In this document: in pieces, positions 55,985 to 64,000 of the stretch
How the letters are laid out: every line of letters starts with the position of its first letter
How positions within the stretch are numbered: the stretch's first letter is position 1
DNA from: Candidatus Peregrinibacteria bacterium
GTDB lineage: Bacteria; Patescibacteriota; Gracilibacteria; Peribacterales; Peribacteraceae
Assembly: GCA_018648865.1 (NCBI GenBank)
Contig: JABGQH010000011.1
Location: forward strand, 24,842 to 88,841
Direction of reading: 5' to 3'
Length of the DNA: 64,000 nucleotides
Notes under the pieces: model-generated
What the model was told of the DNA's origin: nothing
Databases searched by the model: none
Seen by the model: the letters and a program-made list of their open reading frames with translations, nothing else
Program-made: the position numbers and the translations under genes

Positions 55985-57385
55985 ATGGGACTTTTTACAA
56001 GTGCACAAGAAAGATCTAGAGATGCGGCAAGAGAAAGAACTGCTGAAGAAGTTGGTAGAATAAATAGTAATGAATTTTCATTAATATTCTCTGGTCAAGA
56101 AGTACCAAGAACAGATCAAGAGCTTACTCAAATGAGAGAAAATGAAAGAGGGCTTTGTAGATTGCAAACAAATGCAAGATTGATTCAACAAATGAACAAT
56201 ATGCCTGGATCAGAGATCCAAGGCAGAAATAGCACAAGGAGGTTTATGACAGATGTAAACAGAAGCTGGGAACGTTTTTATAGTATGGATCAAAGAGAAA
56301 AATCTCTTTTGGAAGCCAGATTAATAATGCAAAGACTAAATAATCTAATGCAACCTGAAAGAATAGAAAGCCTAAGAAATGCATTTTCTAATGCGAATAA
56401 TGACCAAACTCAAGAAGAAACACGCCTAAGTACAATGGAGGGAATCCTTTACAATTCAGATAACAAAGGATCTGCAATAGATTTACCTCTTTCTAGTAAT
56501 CCAGAAACATTTGATGAACAGCTTAGCGAACATAGATATTTATTTAGAGAAACTGGAACAGGAGTGATTAGAGTTAGGATGGATTTGATAGAAAAAGATT
56601 GGGAGAAATTTGAAAATGAACCACCACTATTTACAGAAGCTGATAAAGTTTTTCGTAGTTTCTTAGAAGAAATGAGACAAGTAGATCTAATATCATTTGC
56701 AAGAACAATTGCAATCCCAGATGTAATACATAGTACAGAAAGCGGAACTGTAAGTGAGGCGAAGGGAGCTGTAAGAGCATTAACAATGCTAACATTTGCA
56801 GGGCTTGGAACAGCTTCTGTATTAATGGAAAAAGGAGGAGTTCCAATAATAGGACTAAGTTATCTTGGACTTGCTGGAATTATATATAATCCAACAATTC
56901 TTACAGATGGACCGGTTGAAAAAATAAAAGATGAACTTGGCTTTATAGTTAGTACAGGAAACCAAAATGATCTATGGAGCGAATGTATGAATGGAACATA
57001 TTCACAAGAGCTAGCAGGCTCTAATGGATTCTCGGCATTTGAGCAGTTACTGGATTCTGATTTTCAAAGAGTTAACTCACAAAGAATAAACAACAGAATA
57101 ACCAATGAAGAATACTATGAAGAATTAGAAGAACTAGGAATGAGATCTAGTTTGGTATCTACAATTAGAGACATGGAAACTAGAAGACCTGATCTTTTCA
57201 GGTATTTAATTAGTAATACTTCAAGAGTTAGAGGATCTGATTCAAAAGAAACTCTTATGAATTATGCAAGAGAAAGAATGTCATCAAGCACAATTGTAGA
57301 TATGTACGCAAATAACAGTCCTCAAACTGCACCAAGACCAAATTTAGGTGGGATTGGTGAAGCAAGACTAGGACTAAATAGCTAA
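55985..57385 (+). CDS. hypothetical protein with central hydrophobic hairpin
   Basis: 466-aa ORF starting 12 nt after the previous gene. Confidence 0.55.
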   Translation: MGLFTSAQERSRDAARERTAEEVGRINSNEFSLIFSGQEVPRTDQELTQMRENERGLCRLQTNARLIQQMNNMPGSEIQGRNSTRRFMTDVNRSWERFYSMDQREKSLLEARLIMQRLNNLMQPERIESLRNAFSNANNDQTQEETRLSTMEGILYNSDNKGSAIDLPLSSNPETFDEQLSEHRYLFRETGTGVIRVRMDLIEKDWEKFENEPPLFTEADKVFRSFLEEMRQVDLISFARTIAIPDVIHSTESGTVSEAKGAVRALTMLTFAGLGTASVLMEKGGVPIIGLSYLGLAGIIYNPTILTDGPVEKIKDELGFIVSTGNQNDLWSECMNGTYSQELAGSNGFSAFEQLLDSDFQRVNSQRINNRITNEEYYEELEELGMRSSLVSTIRDMETRRPDLFRYLISNTSRVRGSDSKETLMNYARERMSSSTIVDMYANNSPQTAPRPNLGGIGEARLGLNS

Positions 57386-57405
57386 TTAAAGTTTAGAGAT
57401 ATACA

Positions 57406-59688
57406 TTACTTCTTCTTTAGCTCTTTTAAGAAAACCTCAAGTACATCACCAGGTTCTACTAGAATTGATGTATCAACTCGCATACCACACTCAGTGCCTT
57501 CTTTGGCTTCTTTGATATCTTTATCTACCTTTCGAAGAGATATTATTTTTCCTGTCCCAACCTCTTCCTTTTTGTCTCCTCGTAATAATCTAAACGGCAA
57601 CCTCTTCATAGATCCACTTTTTACCTTTCCACCAACAATCTGTTCTGACCTCTTTGTGAGGAATACTTCTTTTACATCTAATTGCCCAACAATTTGCTCT
57701 TCTTCCTCTGGCTCCACTAGTCCTTTTACAAGTCCTTCTACGTCATCTAGCAGCGCATACACAATATCGTACATTCTCACCTCTACTCCTTCTCTTTCTG
57801 CTGTTCTAGAAACAGTAGAAGGCACATCTGTATGGAAAGCAATTACAATTCCATCACTCGCAGAAGCCATCATTACATCTGTTTCTGATACTGAGCCAAT
57901 ACCTGCATGAATTACTTTTACTGCAACTCCATCTGTAGATAATTTAGCCATAGAATCTTGCAAGGCCTCCAATGATCCATGTGCATCTGCCTTTAGAACT
58001 ACTCTAAGTTGTTTTAATTTACCCTCAGAAAGCCTAGTAACTAGGTCTGCAAAGCTTCTTTTCTTTCTGCTTTCTTCTATATCCTTTAATTTATTAAGTA
58101 GTCCCCTTGCCTCTTTTTCATTTGAAACAACCTGCAATATGTCTCCAATTTGTGGGACTTCATCAAATCCAGATACTCTAGACGGTGCAGAAAGATTTAC
58201 TGTGTCTATTCGTTTACCATTGGCGTCCTCCATTAACCTAACCTTTCCTAAAGTTGTACCACAAACAAAAGCATCACCTTTCTTTAATGTACCTGCATTA
58301 ACAATTACTGTAGCAATAGGTCCAAGTGAACTATCTAAATTACTTTCGATAACAGTAGCTACTGCGTGCCTGTCCGGATTACCTTTCAACTCCTCTAACT
58401 CAGCTAGCAAAGATATATGATCTAATAATTCATCTATTCCCTGCTTGGTTTTTGCACTACAAAGTACAACTGGAGTTTTGCCTCCCCAATCTTCTGGTTG
58501 TAATCCATTAGCAGACAGATCCCCTTTCACTTTTTCTATATCAGCATTAGGCAAATCAATTTTATTTATAGCCACTAGAATTGGAACCTTGGCTTCTTTT
58601 GCATGATTAATAGCCTCTACAGTTGTTGGCATTACACCGTCTTCTGCAGAAACTACAATAATTACTATATCTGTTATATGAGCACCTCTAGCACGCATTG
58701 CTGTAAATGCTTCGTGCCCTGGCGTATCTAAAAATGTAATCTTCTTAGTTTCCTTGGAACCAGTTGGAGCAAATTCAACTTGGTAAGCCCCAATATGCTG
58801 AGTAATACCACCAGCCTCACCTGCAACTACATTTGTATTTCTAATTGCATCTAGTATTGCTGTTTTTCCATGATCTACATGACCCATTACTACAACAATC
58901 GCAGGCCTCTCAATTAAATTTTCATTATCATCATCTTTTAAAATCTCTTCTAGATCTCTACTCATCAAATTTTCTGCAGATGCTTCCCCTTCTTCTTTTT
59001 GCACATTTACACCTAGCTCTGCTGCTGCAATTGCGGCTGTGTCAAAATCTATAGCTTGAGTGATGTTTGCCATAACACCATTCTTCATTAGTGTTTGAAT
59101 GACTTGAGGAACTTGTACTCCAGCCTTTTCTGCAAACTCTTTTATCGTTACCTGTTCAGGGAGTAGTACAACTCCCTTTTTCTTCTTGATCTGCTGCTGA
59201 TGAACTGTAGCTTCTTTTCTTTCCTTCATTTGATCCATAGCTGCCTCCTCTTTTTTTAATGCATCTTTTTCTTCTTGAGTTGGATCATCACCCATTTGAA
59301 CTTTTTGCTGCTTAATAGCCTCTTTGGAAACATCATCCAAAGTTAGCTTTCTTAGTACATCTAAATTCTCTTTTGATTCCCTTTCTTTATCAGAGATTAA
59401 ATCTTTACCAGATTTTTTTGCTGGCTCTACTTCCTCCTGATCTTCTTCTACCTCTTCAGAAGATTCATCTTTTTGCTCTTCATCTTCATCTAAATCAAAA
59501 GAAAATCCCAAAGCATCCATATCTATTTCCAAATTGTGTTTTCTAGCGACAAAACGAAGTACACCTTGTGCTAAATTATCTGGAATCTCTCTATCTGTTG
59601 GTTTTATACCAAAATCTACAGATTCAAGTTCTTTCCTGAGCTGTTGCCCTGTCATACCCAATGCTTTTGCGACTTGGACGAGACGCAT
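57406..59688 (-). CDS. infB: translation initiation factor IF-2
   Basis: GHVDHGKT, DTPGHEAF and NKID G-motifs, with an acidic N-terminal region. Confidence 0.95.
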   Translation of the reverse strand: MRLVQVAKALGMTGQQLRKELESVDFGIKPTDREIPDNLAQGVLRFVARKHNLEIDMDALGFSFDLDEDEEQKDESSEEVEEDQEEVEPAKKSGKDLISDKERESKENLDVLRKLTLDDVSKEAIKQQKVQMGDDPTQEEKDALKKEEAAMDQMKERKEATVHQQQIKKKKGVVLLPEQVTIKEFAEKAGVQVPQVIQTLMKNGVMANITQAIDFDTAAIAAAELGVNVQKEEGEASAENLMSRDLEEILKDDDNENLIERPAIVVVMGHVDHGKTAILDAIRNTNVVAGEAGGITQHIGAYQVEFAPTGSKETKKITFLDTPGHEAFTAMRARGAHITDIVIIVVSAEDGVMPTTVEAINHAKEAKVPILVAINKIDLPNADIEKVKGDLSANGLQPEDWGGKTPVVLCSAKTKQGIDELLDHISLLAELEELKGNPDRHAVATVIESNLDSSLGPIATVIVNAGTLKKGDAFVCGTTLGKVRLMEDANGKRIDTVNLSAPSRVSGFDEVPQIGDILQVVSNEKEARGLLNKLKDIEESRKKRSFADLVTRLSEGKLKQLRVVLKADAHGSLEALQDSMAKLSTDGVAVKVIHAGIGSVSETDVMMASASDGIVIAFHTDVPSTVSRTAEREGVEVRMYDIVYALLDDVEGLVKGLVEPEEEEQIVGQLDVKEVFLTKRSEQIVGGKVKSGSMKRLPFRLLRGDKKEEVGTGKIISLRKVDKDIKEAKEGTECGMRVDTSILVEPGDVLEVFLKELKKK

Positions 59689-59790
59689 GAAAAATAGTAG
59701 AACAAAATTGAACGCGAACAGTGTAACGTAAAATTACGCAGAAGAAACGGGAAATCTAGGTTTTTGAATCAAAATAGAATTTATTAAAAT

Positions 59791-61206
59791 CTATTCACCG
59801 GCTGATATTTCTTTTACAACATCTGTTCCACTAGTTGAATCTTTATTTTCTTTATTCTCGTTAATTCCCTTAACTATGTCGATATCTTTATTAATTTGAT
59901 CATTCTTTAAGGGTTTAGGTACTTCTATTGATTTAACTTCTGTCTTCTCAATCTTCTTTTTATTTATATCTGGAGTTGGATCTTTTTTCTCTTCTTTTAA
60001 TTCAGGAGTTTCTTCCGCAGCCATGCTTATATCTGATCCCTCATCATCTAATTGTTTTTTCATACCCACCTTCATTTTTGCAACGCAGTCCAAAACTGCT
60101 AAAGAGAAATTATCAAATTCCTTTATACGAAAACCTGCAGCTCTAGGGTGACCTCCACCATTAAATAGTTCACCAGCTAGTTTACTTATATCAATCTTCG
60201 CACTAGATCTAACGCTTGCCTTTAGCCCTCCCTCCTCTAATTCTGTAAATAATACATACACATCTGCATCTGGAATTGTAGAAATTAACTCATCTAATAT
60301 TCCATGAGTCTCTTTGCTAGTTGCATTCATTTCTGCCAAATCATCCTTACTTATTGTGGACCATACAATCCCCGCATTTGGATCAATCTGAATTCCATTT
60401 AATGCACGTCCCCATATCTTTAGAGTGCTGAGTGGCTTAGTTTTATAGATATTTTGTATGATTTCTTGCTGCCTTGCACCTTTCTCTAGTAACTCTGCTG
60501 CGATCTCTAATGACCTAGGTGTTGTATTAGGATTCTGGAAACTCCTAGTATCTGTAATTAACCCCGTTAAAAGCAGTGTTGCTACGTCTGGAGTAACTAG
60601 ACGCATCCAATCTGGTACTTGATTAAACCAGTTATATAAAACCTCTGTTGCACTAGCAGATGTAGGATCTATCAACTGGATCTGACCATAATTTGAATTA
60701 CTTATGTGATGATCAATGTTCAAAATAGGAATCTCTGAAAATACATCAATGTTCTCTGTGTATATTGAACCAAGAAGTGAGAGATCTGCCGTATCTACAG
60801 TAATGATCAAATCGAAAGGCTTTTCCCCTTCACCAAGTGAGATATCACTAGGTTTAATAACGCCAGACGCGGGTACAACAATAATATTTACACGATTGTC
60901 CTCTACGGTATATCGGAGCTTATCTACCTCTACACCATCACTTAAATTAACAGTAATAACAAACTGGCTCTTGCCACCAATTTCATGTGTCATTTGTTCA
61001 AAACCTGGCAAAAATTCCAAACATTCAGGCTTGGTATCTGGGCATATTACAGTCACATCTTTACCCAATTCATGTAATACATGATAGCAAGCAAGTGCAC
61101 TACTTAAGCCATCTGGGTCTACATTAGCATGAGGAATAACCAGTATTCGCTGATTCTCTTGAATCGCTTTTGTAGCTGCCGCAATGCTTTGATTAGATAG
61201 TGACAT
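59791..61206 (-). CDS. DHH/DHHA1 phosphoesterase (NrnA-like) with Lys/Glu-rich C-terminal extension
   Basis: DPDGLSS, IDHHISN and GGGHPRAAG motifs. The start was set at Met33 (MSLSNQS...); the track ORF extends to 61302. Confidence 0.8.
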   Translation of the reverse strand: MSLSNQSIAAATKAIQENQRILVIPHANVDPDGLSSALACYHVLHELGKDVTVICPDTKPECLEFLPGFEQMTHEIGGKSQFVITVNLSDGVEVDKLRYTVEDNRVNIIVVPASGVIKPSDISLGEGEKPFDLIITVDTADLSLLGSIYTENIDVFSEIPILNIDHHISNSNYGQIQLIDPTSASATEVLYNWFNQVPDWMRLVTPDVATLLLTGLITDTRSFQNPNTTPRSLEIAAELLEKGARQQEIIQNIYKTKPLSTLKIWGRALNGIQIDPNAGIVWSTISKDDLAEMNATSKETHGILDELISTIPDADVYVLFTELEEGGLKASVRSSAKIDISKLAGELFNGGGHPRAAGFRIKEFDNFSLAVLDCVAKMKVGMKKQLDDEGSDISMAAEETPELKEEKKDPTPDINKKKIEKTEVKSIEVPKPLKNDQINKDIDIVKGINENKENKDSTSGTDVVKEISAGE

Positions 61207-61394
61207 GAATATATTATTATAACATATTTCTCTACTTTTATCAATCCCCTTAGGCCTATCAATAAACAGAGGAAAAATTAAAAGAAGAGCCGATTTTGGC
61301 ACGTATTTTTACTATTGGCAATGAATTTCTAGTAATTTAAACCATTATTACAATCACTTGAACATAAGATTAGAAAGTGACAAACTCTAAACAT

Positions 61395-61568
61395 CTTCAC
61401 AAGTTGTGAGGACGCGAGCTTCGGCTCGAATTACTATAATCTGTGGCTAATCGAAAGGTTACCAAGCCATGCGATCCTCAAGTCGTTACAGCGTCCGTTT
61501 CAATCAGTAAAGCGACTTCCTCCAAAAAGACCCTCATTGTCACGATTGCAATGGGGGTCAACTTTTTA
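61395..61568 (+). ncRNA. candidate structured small RNA (class not identified)
   Basis: UUCG-capped hairpin (gagc-ttcg-gctc), GAAA-capped hairpin (taatc-gaaa-ggtta), long-range GGACGC/GCGTCC pairing, and a terminal 11-bp hairpin plus T-run. No ORF. Confidence 0.3.
61529..61568. terminator. bidirectional-looking terminator hairpin
   Basis: 11-bp stem GACCCTCATTG/CAATGGGGGTC. A T5 run follows directly on the minus strand, and a T5 run follows after a 3-nt spacer on the plus strand. Confidence 0.45.
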
Positions 61569-61704
61569 TAAATTAAAATATTATTTCATATGACAAATTA
61601 CAACCCTACCAGTACTTTTAATATAAGATATTTAACTTTAGGACCCACTAAAACCTTTTAACCTTTCAACTAAAAGGTTAAAAGGTCTAAATCTAATATT
61701 CATT

Positions 61705-61740
61705 AAAAAAAAGGGGGGATGCACATAAGTGCTTCCCTCC
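61705..61740 (-). terminator. strong hairpin followed by T8 on the minus strand
   Basis: Minus-strand read is GGAGGGAAGCAC-TTAT-GTGCATCCCCCC followed by TTTTTTTT. On the plus strand the same helix contains a G-U pair instead of an A-C mismatch. Confidence 0.45.
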
Positions 61741-61964
61741 AGTTGTTTACAAGGAGAAAAAAACACGAGCGTTGAATGACCAATAGAGCTAGAGCACTAG
61801 AGGCGATTGCAACCTAGTCGCCTAATAGACAACTACCTCTTAGCGGTAAGGACTCGTCGCATCGTAGTGGAGTCGATCTTCGACTCATTCAGAAACAAAT
61901 TCGCAAGCATATAAAAGTTCTCCTGAACAATGGTAATGGTTCCGGATGGAACCAATGAACAATT

Positions 61965-62043
61965 GGCTTACACACACGTGCAAACCTATAAATAAAAGGT
62001 TATAACTAACCTTTTTGTTATGCAATTATTTTTTACTTTGTGA
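61965..62043 (+). repeat. 79-bp direct repeat, module E, copy 1
   Basis: Similar to 62281-62359, 316 bp downstream. Contains hairpin AAGGTTA-taac-TAACCTT plus a T-run, then tgcaattattttttactttgtga. Confidence 0.8.
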
Positions 62044-62280
62044 TATTAAAAAGATGGTGAGAAGCGCGTTAGCACTTCCCACCGGGTAGGAGATTTCTCC
62101 TCCCGTCGCACGCTTCTATGTGCTAGTGGAGGTCTGGCCGAACGTGATCGCGGAAATCGATTTTTGATTTCGGTCGTGCGATGTAACAGCGGAGAACGAG
62201 TGGCGATTTTTTTTCTTCGAAACGCTCATAAGACAGTACTCCTTGAATAATGTTTTCTACCACGAAGTGTGGAAGAAATC

Positions 62281-62359
62281 GGCTTACACTTGCGTGTTAG
62301 CAGATAAATATAAGGTTATAACTAACCTTTTTTTAATGCAATTATTTTTTACTTTGTGA
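62281..62359 (+). repeat. 79-bp direct repeat, module E, copy 2
   Basis: See 61965-62043. The hairpin at 62312-62329 is followed by T5. Confidence 0.8.
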
Positions 62360-62360
62360 A

Positions 62361-62486
62361 TTGGAGGGGCATGCGCACCACTGGGGGTGAAGGGGCAAGC
62401 GGGAGGGTTTGGTGCGCAGGCGTTTTGGCTCCACCTTTTTCGCCGGAAAAAGGTGGTGAAGAAAGGAGAAACCAATAATGGTTATA
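62361..62486. repeat. GC-rich structured repeat, module A, copy 2
   Basis: 125 of 126 nt identical to 2874-2999. Confidence 0.9.
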
Positions 62487-62500
62487 CTTTTTTATGATTA

Positions 62501-62522
62501 CCCCCTCTCCCTAAGGGAGAGG
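62501..62522. repeat. C-rich hairpin repeat, module C, copy 3
   Basis: ccccctctccctaagggagagg, with hairpin CTCTCCC-taa-GGGAGAG. Confidence 0.7.
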
Positions 62523-62528
62523 AGAGAT

Positions 62529-62565
62529 GAAATCTAATCTTCACTTTGTAATACAATGTATTACA
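62529..62565. repeat. repeat module D, copy 2, with a perfect TGTAATACA-a-TGTATTACA palindrome
   Basis: The palindrome lies at 62547-62565. A further GTATTACA sits 21 bp downstream at 62579. Confidence 0.8.
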
Positions 62566-62625
62566 AATAATTACTTTTGTATTACATTGTCACACAAGCT
62601 AAAAAACAAATTCATTACATGTTCA

Positions 62626-62810
62626 TTTTTTGTCTTAATACAAAAAACGAACCAAAAAAGATCAAGGCAAGCACAGACTCGTTCGTCGCATACTTGCTAG
62701 ACATAAGCTTGACTCACAGAGACAAGTCATCTGTTCGTATATCACTAGAAACTATGCCTTGCTCCTCACTCAAACAAGTGCGCTTGCCATTTTGTCTTTC
62801 ACTTAAAGCT
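62626..62810 (+). repeat. structured intergenic repeat, module B, copy 3
   Basis: Arms 62666-62675 and 62778-62788 are complementary with one mismatch. Confidence 0.8.
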
Positions 62811-62820
62811 TAAAACTATC

Positions 62821-64000
62821 TCAATATCTAGCATTTCCTCCTAACTCTTCTTCTATTCTAAGTAGTTCGTTGTACTTACAAACACGATCTGTTCTGCTTA
62901 ATGATCCTGTTTTGATTTGCCCTGTACGAAGCCCAACAGCTAAATGAGCTATGAATGCATCTTCTGTTTCTCCACTTCTGTGGCTTACAACTGGTTGCCA
63001 TCCATTGTCTTGAGTCATTTTAATAGCATCTACAGTCTCTGTTACTGAACCAATCTGGTTTAGCTTAATTAGAACTGAGTTAACTGCTTTTTTATCCTGT
63101 GCTTGTTTAATCCGTTCTACATTTGTCACGAGTAGATCGTCTCCAACTAATTGAACGTTATCACCCATTTTCGTCATCATTTCTGTAAACCCATCCCAGT
63201 CATCTTCGTTGTGACTATCTTCTATAATTACTAGAGGATATTTATTAACTAATTCTGAATAGTATTCAGTTAACTCAGACGAGCTAAGTTTCTTGCCATC
63301 TACATCATACTTTCCATCTACAAAGAACTCAGAAGCTGCCGCATCTATTGCTATAGAAATTTTTCCTGTGTATCCAGCTTTGTCTATAGCCTTCATTAGG
63401 AAATCAAATGCTTCATCTGCGTTTTTAACCTGTGGAGCAAATCCACCCTCGTCCCCTACTGATGTTGTGTATCCAGCTTCTTTTAGCAGCTTCTTTAGGG
63501 TATGAAAAGTTTCTGCTCCTGCTCGCAAAGCATCTGTGAAATTATCGAAACCAGTAGGAATAATCATACATTCCTGAAAACTAAGTCCACTATCTGCATG
63601 CTTGCCACCATTAATTACATTCATCATTGGTGTAGGTAATAACGCTGCATCCTCTACGCCGAATTGAGAAGCTAATGATTTAAATAACGAGACTCCCTCA
63701 GCTTTTGCTCTAGCACGACAAACTGCCATAGATACTCCGAGTATGGCGTTTGCTCCTAGGACTGTTTTGTTCTTTGTCCCGTCTAAATCTAACATCAATT
63801 TATCGACTGCTCTGTGATCTTTTATTTCTACTCCATCCAATGCAGGTGCGATAACGTCATTAACGTTAGAAACAGCCTTTGTAACCGACTTTCCACAATA
63901 GATACTCTTATCACCATCCCTAAGCTCCAACGCCTCGTGTGAACCCGTAGAAGCACCAGAAGGCACAGCTGAACGACCAAACGATCCGTCATCTAAAGTA
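62821..64000 (-). CDS. eno: enolase (N-terminus lies beyond the window end)
   Basis: SAVPSGASTGSHEALELRDGD, SHRSGETED and the rest of the enolase pattern. The reading frame stays open to position 64000. Confidence 0.95.
   Translation of the reverse strand, partial: TLDDGSFGRSAVPSGASTGSHEALELRDGDKSIYCGKSVTKAVSNVNDVIAPALDGVEIKDHRAVDKLMLDLDGTKNKTVLGANAILGVSMAVCRARAKAEGVSLFKSLASQFGVEDAALLPTPMMNVINGGKHADSGLSFQECMIIPTGFDNFTDALRAGAETFHTLKKLLKEAGYTTSVGDEGGFAPQVKNADEAFDFLMKAIDKAGYTGKISIAIDAAASEFFVDGKYDVDGKKLSSSELTEYYSELVNKYPLVIIEDSHNEDDWDGFTEMMTKMGDNVQLVGDDLLVTNVERIKQAQDKKAVNSVLIKLNQIGSVTETVDAIKMTQDNGWQPVVSHRSGETEDAFIAHLAVGLRTGQIKTGSLSRTDRVCKYNELLRIEEELGGNARY

Noticed and set aside
61500-61530. Minus-strand GGAGGAAGTCGC and a nearby GCCACAGA, resembling the RNase P RNA P4 and CR-II boxes.
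   Set aside because: The remaining universally conserved RNase P segments (GGGTGAAA-type J11/12, the 3' ACAGAA..GGCTTA P4 strand) are absent. Only about 240 nt is available before the next gene.
61780-61830. A tmRNA-like tag reading frame (GGC GAT TGC AAC CTA GTC GCC TAA TAG, giving GDCNLVA with a double stop), about 90 nt downstream of a GGGGGG run at 61713.
   Set aside because: No tRNA-like domain could be found. There is no UUCGAC-type 5' element, no T-arm, no matching acceptor 3' strand and no CCACCA end within 400 nt on either strand. This is kept only as something for cmscan to test.
62284-62475. A 63-aa ORF across repeat module A.
   Set aside because: It lies entirely in the GC-rich hairpin and G4 element. 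It has a Pro/Ala/Cys-rich nonsense composition and no start context.

Overview
The window is AT-rich, compact and uses the standard genetic code: a 2586-aa ORF runs without in-frame TGA. Gene content looks like a small-genome, Gram-positive-type bacterium, possibly CPR/Patescibacteria-like, but that lineage call is inference only. Housekeeping genes are pgk, eno (partial), miaA, clpP, tgt, tsaE, pth, lepB, secE-nusG, murJ, murC, purL, lepA, infB, rplU, rpmA, rplS, tRNA-Gln and initiator tRNA-Met. They are interleaved with an unusually large envelope and adhesin component. Two tandem LPQTG proteins (1307 and 2586 aa) dominate; the larger is built from about 35 Cys-bracketed DNDNDG modules. There are also two PEGA-domain paralogs with different wall anchors (MPKTG versus SLH), a CsaB-like pyruvyl transferase, a WecA/TagO-like transferase, an M23 peptidase and a beta-helix exoprotein. 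The less explained parts are listed below.
- A minus-strand operon of very acidic small proteins sits with a membrane-anchored staphylococcal-type nuclease.
- A duplicated small-protein locus lies next to an MFS transporter.
- A Tgt has lost all four zinc ligands.
- TsaE is fused to an HD domain.
- An exact 99-bp tandem duplication carries the lepA start codon.
- A terminator-containing leader precedes an orphan purL.
- GC-rich, structured intergenic repeat modules form a mosaic and peak in a 1.5-kb ORF-free block between nrnA and eno.

No CRISPR array, rRNA, transposase or integrase was seen.
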